A DNA stretch of 64,000 nucleotides from NCBI RefSeq assembly GCF_009914755.1, contig NC_060933.1; one strand, written 5' to 3'. Each line of letters starts with the position of its first letter. Position 1 is the first letter of the stretch. Of the stretch, positions 57,586-64,000 are shown piece by piece. The translations under genes and the position numbers were made by a program. The notes beneath the pieces are model-generated. The model was not told where the DNA came from. It saw only the letters and a list, made by a program, of their open reading frames with translations, and made no database searches. This DNA is from the human T2T-CHM13v2.0 reference genome, Homo sapiens.

Positions 57586-59353
57586 TCACTGTAGCCTCAC
57601 TTCCAGGCTTCAGGCTTCAGGCAGTCTTCCTGCCTCAGCTTCCCGAGTAGCTGGGATTATAGGTATGTACCACCATGCCCAACCATGTGAATTTTTAAGT
57701 TGAATTTAGAGTAGCATTCACAATAATGTCAGATGTTTCACCTTTGAGAGAATACGCTTCCAAACATTTTGCTTTGACTTTGTAAACTGGATGAGAAAAG
57801 GTAACTATTAGCTCCTTTTTTAAAAAGAAATGAATGTAATCAAATTCTCTATTTAAAGCATTTGGTAATACTGACATAAAACTGGCAGCCTGTAACTTTT
57901 TTCAGAAGTTTCTAACAGAACCAGTATAGGAACAGCTACTACACTTCATTTTTAGTATGTCCATAAGAAAACTTGACTTGAAAAAGATTGGAATTAATTA
58001 GAAAAACCTCTTTGGCTTGGCACAGTGGCTCACACCTGTGATCCCAGCACTTTGGGAGGCCGAGGTGAGCAGATCCCTTTAAGGTCAGGAGTTTGAGACC
58101 AGCCTGGCCAACATGGTAGAATCCCATCTATACTAAAAATACAAAAATTAGCCGGGTGTGGTGGCACACACCTGTAATCCCAGCTACTTGGGCGGCTGAA
58201 GCATGAGAATTGCTTGAACCCAGGAGGTGAGGTTGCAGTGAGCCGAGATTGCACCACTGCACTCCAGCCTGGGCAACAGAGTGAGAAAAGCAAACAAAAA
58301 ACAAAACAAAAAAAAACCTCCTTGATTTAAATGAAAAATCATTCTTCACAGAATGATGTGTCTATGTACATTCTTCAACTTCATATCTTAAATTACCTTC
58401 TGGAACACTCTTTTTAAAATAGCCATTAACTTTGAAGTAAATGATGTTACTTCTTCGGAAAATGTGTCTTCCAGTTTTCATGTAGTCAGTGATACCTCTT
58501 TGCCCCCCATTGTAAATGGTAATGTGAACAAACATTTTATGCAGGTTGCTAGTGTATCATCAGTTTTCTTGAAAAACAACAAAATATTTGATTTTAAAAA
58601 TGAAACCATGCATTTTCATTTTATTGAAATTCTTGTTTCCATAGCAGTTCATCACACAAGCCATACAATGAATTTCCTCACTAGATTCCTTGGATGTGGA
58701 TGGATTTGACCTTATTCTTACAAGGTTTTAGCCCTTCAAAAGTTTCCAGTCTCAGGCACAGGTCTTAGGTCCTACTTTACTCTAGAGCCTTAGTTTTAAT
58801 TCTCTACTGTCCCAGACCTTTGAATTGGCCAAAGAATAACCTTCTCTAATTCCTGGGATGAATTCCTGCTCTGCAGTGCAGTCCATGGCTTCCAAGCATG
58901 CTCTTCAGCCTAGCTTCTGCTCGCTTTCGGCCCTAGTGGCATTTCTTCACTTTGTTGTAAGCTCAGCTTGAAAAAAGTTGTTGCTTCTTCTCTGCAAAAT
59001 GGTGATGGTGATGATAACAATATCAGTTCCATAGAGTTAATGTATGTAAAGCACTTGGAATAGTACCTAACAAATCATTACCACCATAAAATGTTTGATG
59101 ATATTATTTATTTTTATCCAATGTCTCCATGTATTTGTGAGAGAGGTTCTTCAGAATTTCAAGTCCAGTATATGACTGGATATGGAAGTATGTTTATAAA
59201 GTTAACAGTACATGTTATAGGTAATTTTATATTTAAAAAATGTGTTTGGGTAGGCAATTTGCCATTGCACTACACTTATGTACCTGTACCTCCCTGAAGC
59301 CACATAAAGAACATGTATTTATCTTAGAAAAATGTGGTGCACATTTATAAATA

Positions 59354-59650
59354 CAATTGACCCTTAAACAATGTTGGGGGTAGGGGTGCCAATCCCTTAC
59401 ACAGTCAAAAATCTGCATATAGCTTTGGGCCTCCCAAAAACTTAACTAGTAATAGTCTATTTTTGACCAGAAGCCTTACCAATAACATAAACTGTCAATA
59501 ACATATTTTATATGTGATATTTATTACATACTTATATTCTTACAATAAAGTAAGCTAGAGAAAAGAAAATGCTATTATGAAAATCACAAGGAAGAGAAAA
59601 TATATTTTCTATTCATTAAGTGGAAGCAGAGCATCATAAAGGTCTTCATT
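59354..59650. mobile_element. Tigger2-family MITE, left part
   Basis: TA followed by terminal CAATTGACCCTTAAACAA. Continues at 62772. Confidence 0.8.
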
Positions 59651-62760
<3,110 letters not shown>

Positions 62761-62771
62761 AGGAAAAAAAA

Positions 62772-63260
62772 AAAGGTCTTCATTCTCATCTTCACCTGGA
62801 GTAGGCTAAGGAGCAGGAGGAGGAGGAGGAGGGGTTGGTTTTGCTGTCTCAAGTGAGGCAGAGGCGGAAGAGGTGACAGGGGAGCCAGGCACACTTGGTA
62901 TAACTGTCTCCCAGGCTGGAGTGCAGTGGCACCATCTCGGCTCCCTGCAAGCTCCGCCTCCCGGGTTCACGGGTTCACGCCATTCTCCTGCCTCAGCCTC
63001 CGGAGCAGCTGGGATTACAGGCGCCCTCCACCACGTCCCGCTAATTTTTTGTATTTTCAGTAGAGACGGGGGTTTCACCGCGTTAGCCAGGATGGTCTCC
63101 GTCTCCTGACCTCGTGATCCGCCAGCCTCGGCCTCCCAAAGTGCTGGGATTACAGGCGTGAGCCACCGTACCCGGCCCACACTTGGTATAACTTCAATTG
63201 AAAAAAAAATCTACATATAACTGGACCCGTGTAGAACCTATGTTGTTCAAGGGTCAACTG
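62772..63260. mobile_element. Tigger2-family MITE, right part (contains AluY 62906-63177)
   Basis: Resumes with aaaggtcttcatt and a GA-rich segment. Ends TTGTTCAAGGGTCAACTG then TA, the inverted repeat of the 59354 terminus. Confidence 0.8.
62906..63177 (-). mobile_element. 3'-truncated, tail-less AluY
   Basis: 16-bp TSD cacacttggtataact (62890-62905, 63178-63193). Confidence 0.9.
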
Positions 63261-63371
63261 TATATAATTTTTGTGTAAGCATGTGATTCAGCAGTATGAA
63301 GTCTAAAATCAGCAAAGGTCACCTTTAGTATATAAAAAAAGCACAAAATAGTTTAAATGAGAAATTTCATT

Positions 63372-63377
63372 TTTATT
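63372..63377 (-). terminator. polyadenylation signal AATAAA
   Basis: Plus-strand TTTATT. Minus-strand downstream reads ...tcatttaaactattttgtgctttttttt (CA dinucleotide then U/GU-rich element). Confidence 0.65.
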
Positions 63378-63586
63378 GAATAAAAACATTATACAAACAT
63401 GAAGATATATTCAAATATTTGAATACATTAGTTTTTTTTGTAACTTTATATGCTTCATATAAAAGTACTGAGTTCAAAGCAGTATTATACTTGCTAATCA
63501 TTACCAAAATTCTGATTTTGCTATACTTTTCATCAGGATTTCTGGGACACCTCCCAACTAAACATATTAAGATTCTAGAAAAATAG

Positions 63587-63886
<300 letters not shown>

Positions 63887-64000
63887 CTAGAAAAATGAAA
63901 GATAACAAGTCTCCCAAATAAGAGCAGTTTGAGGGTGAGAAATAGCAGTTCTCTAGGAATGCATAACTAAACCATAGTGTACATTTAAGTTACCAAGTTT

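Overview
Human (primate) genomic DNA, very Alu-dense. A CpG island at ~42.3-43.8 kb contains the promoter and first coding exon of CDC14B on the minus strand ([10 protein letters not shown]...VYLDIT, 160 nt, phase-1 donor at 42993). Positions 1-42993 are CDC14B intron 1. Positions ~43.8-63.3 kb are repeat-rich upstream DNA. The last ~650 bp are probably the distal 3' UTR and poly(A) site of the neighbouring minus-strand gene (PRXL2C/AAED1, from recalled gene order). Nearly all other track ORFs are Alu/L1 or GC-rich artefacts. Best leads: (1) a strong-Kozak 5-codon uORF in frame with the weak-Kozak CDC14B AUG, separated only by UGA-CGG; (2) a STMN2-like cryptic terminal exon in intron 1 (perfect TACTAAC branch point, CAG, (UG)19, AATAAA); (3) a 27-nt frame-preserving microexon and a neighbouring 142-nt poison exon candidate; (4) unusual retroposition fossils: an LTR12 R-region retrocopy, a 3.1-kb TSD-flanked repeat-only segment splitting a Tigger2, and a tail-less AluY; (5) intronic LTRs with p53-like and DUX4 motifs. 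All functional claims are untested inferences. Repeat subfamily calls and most repeat boundaries are by eye.
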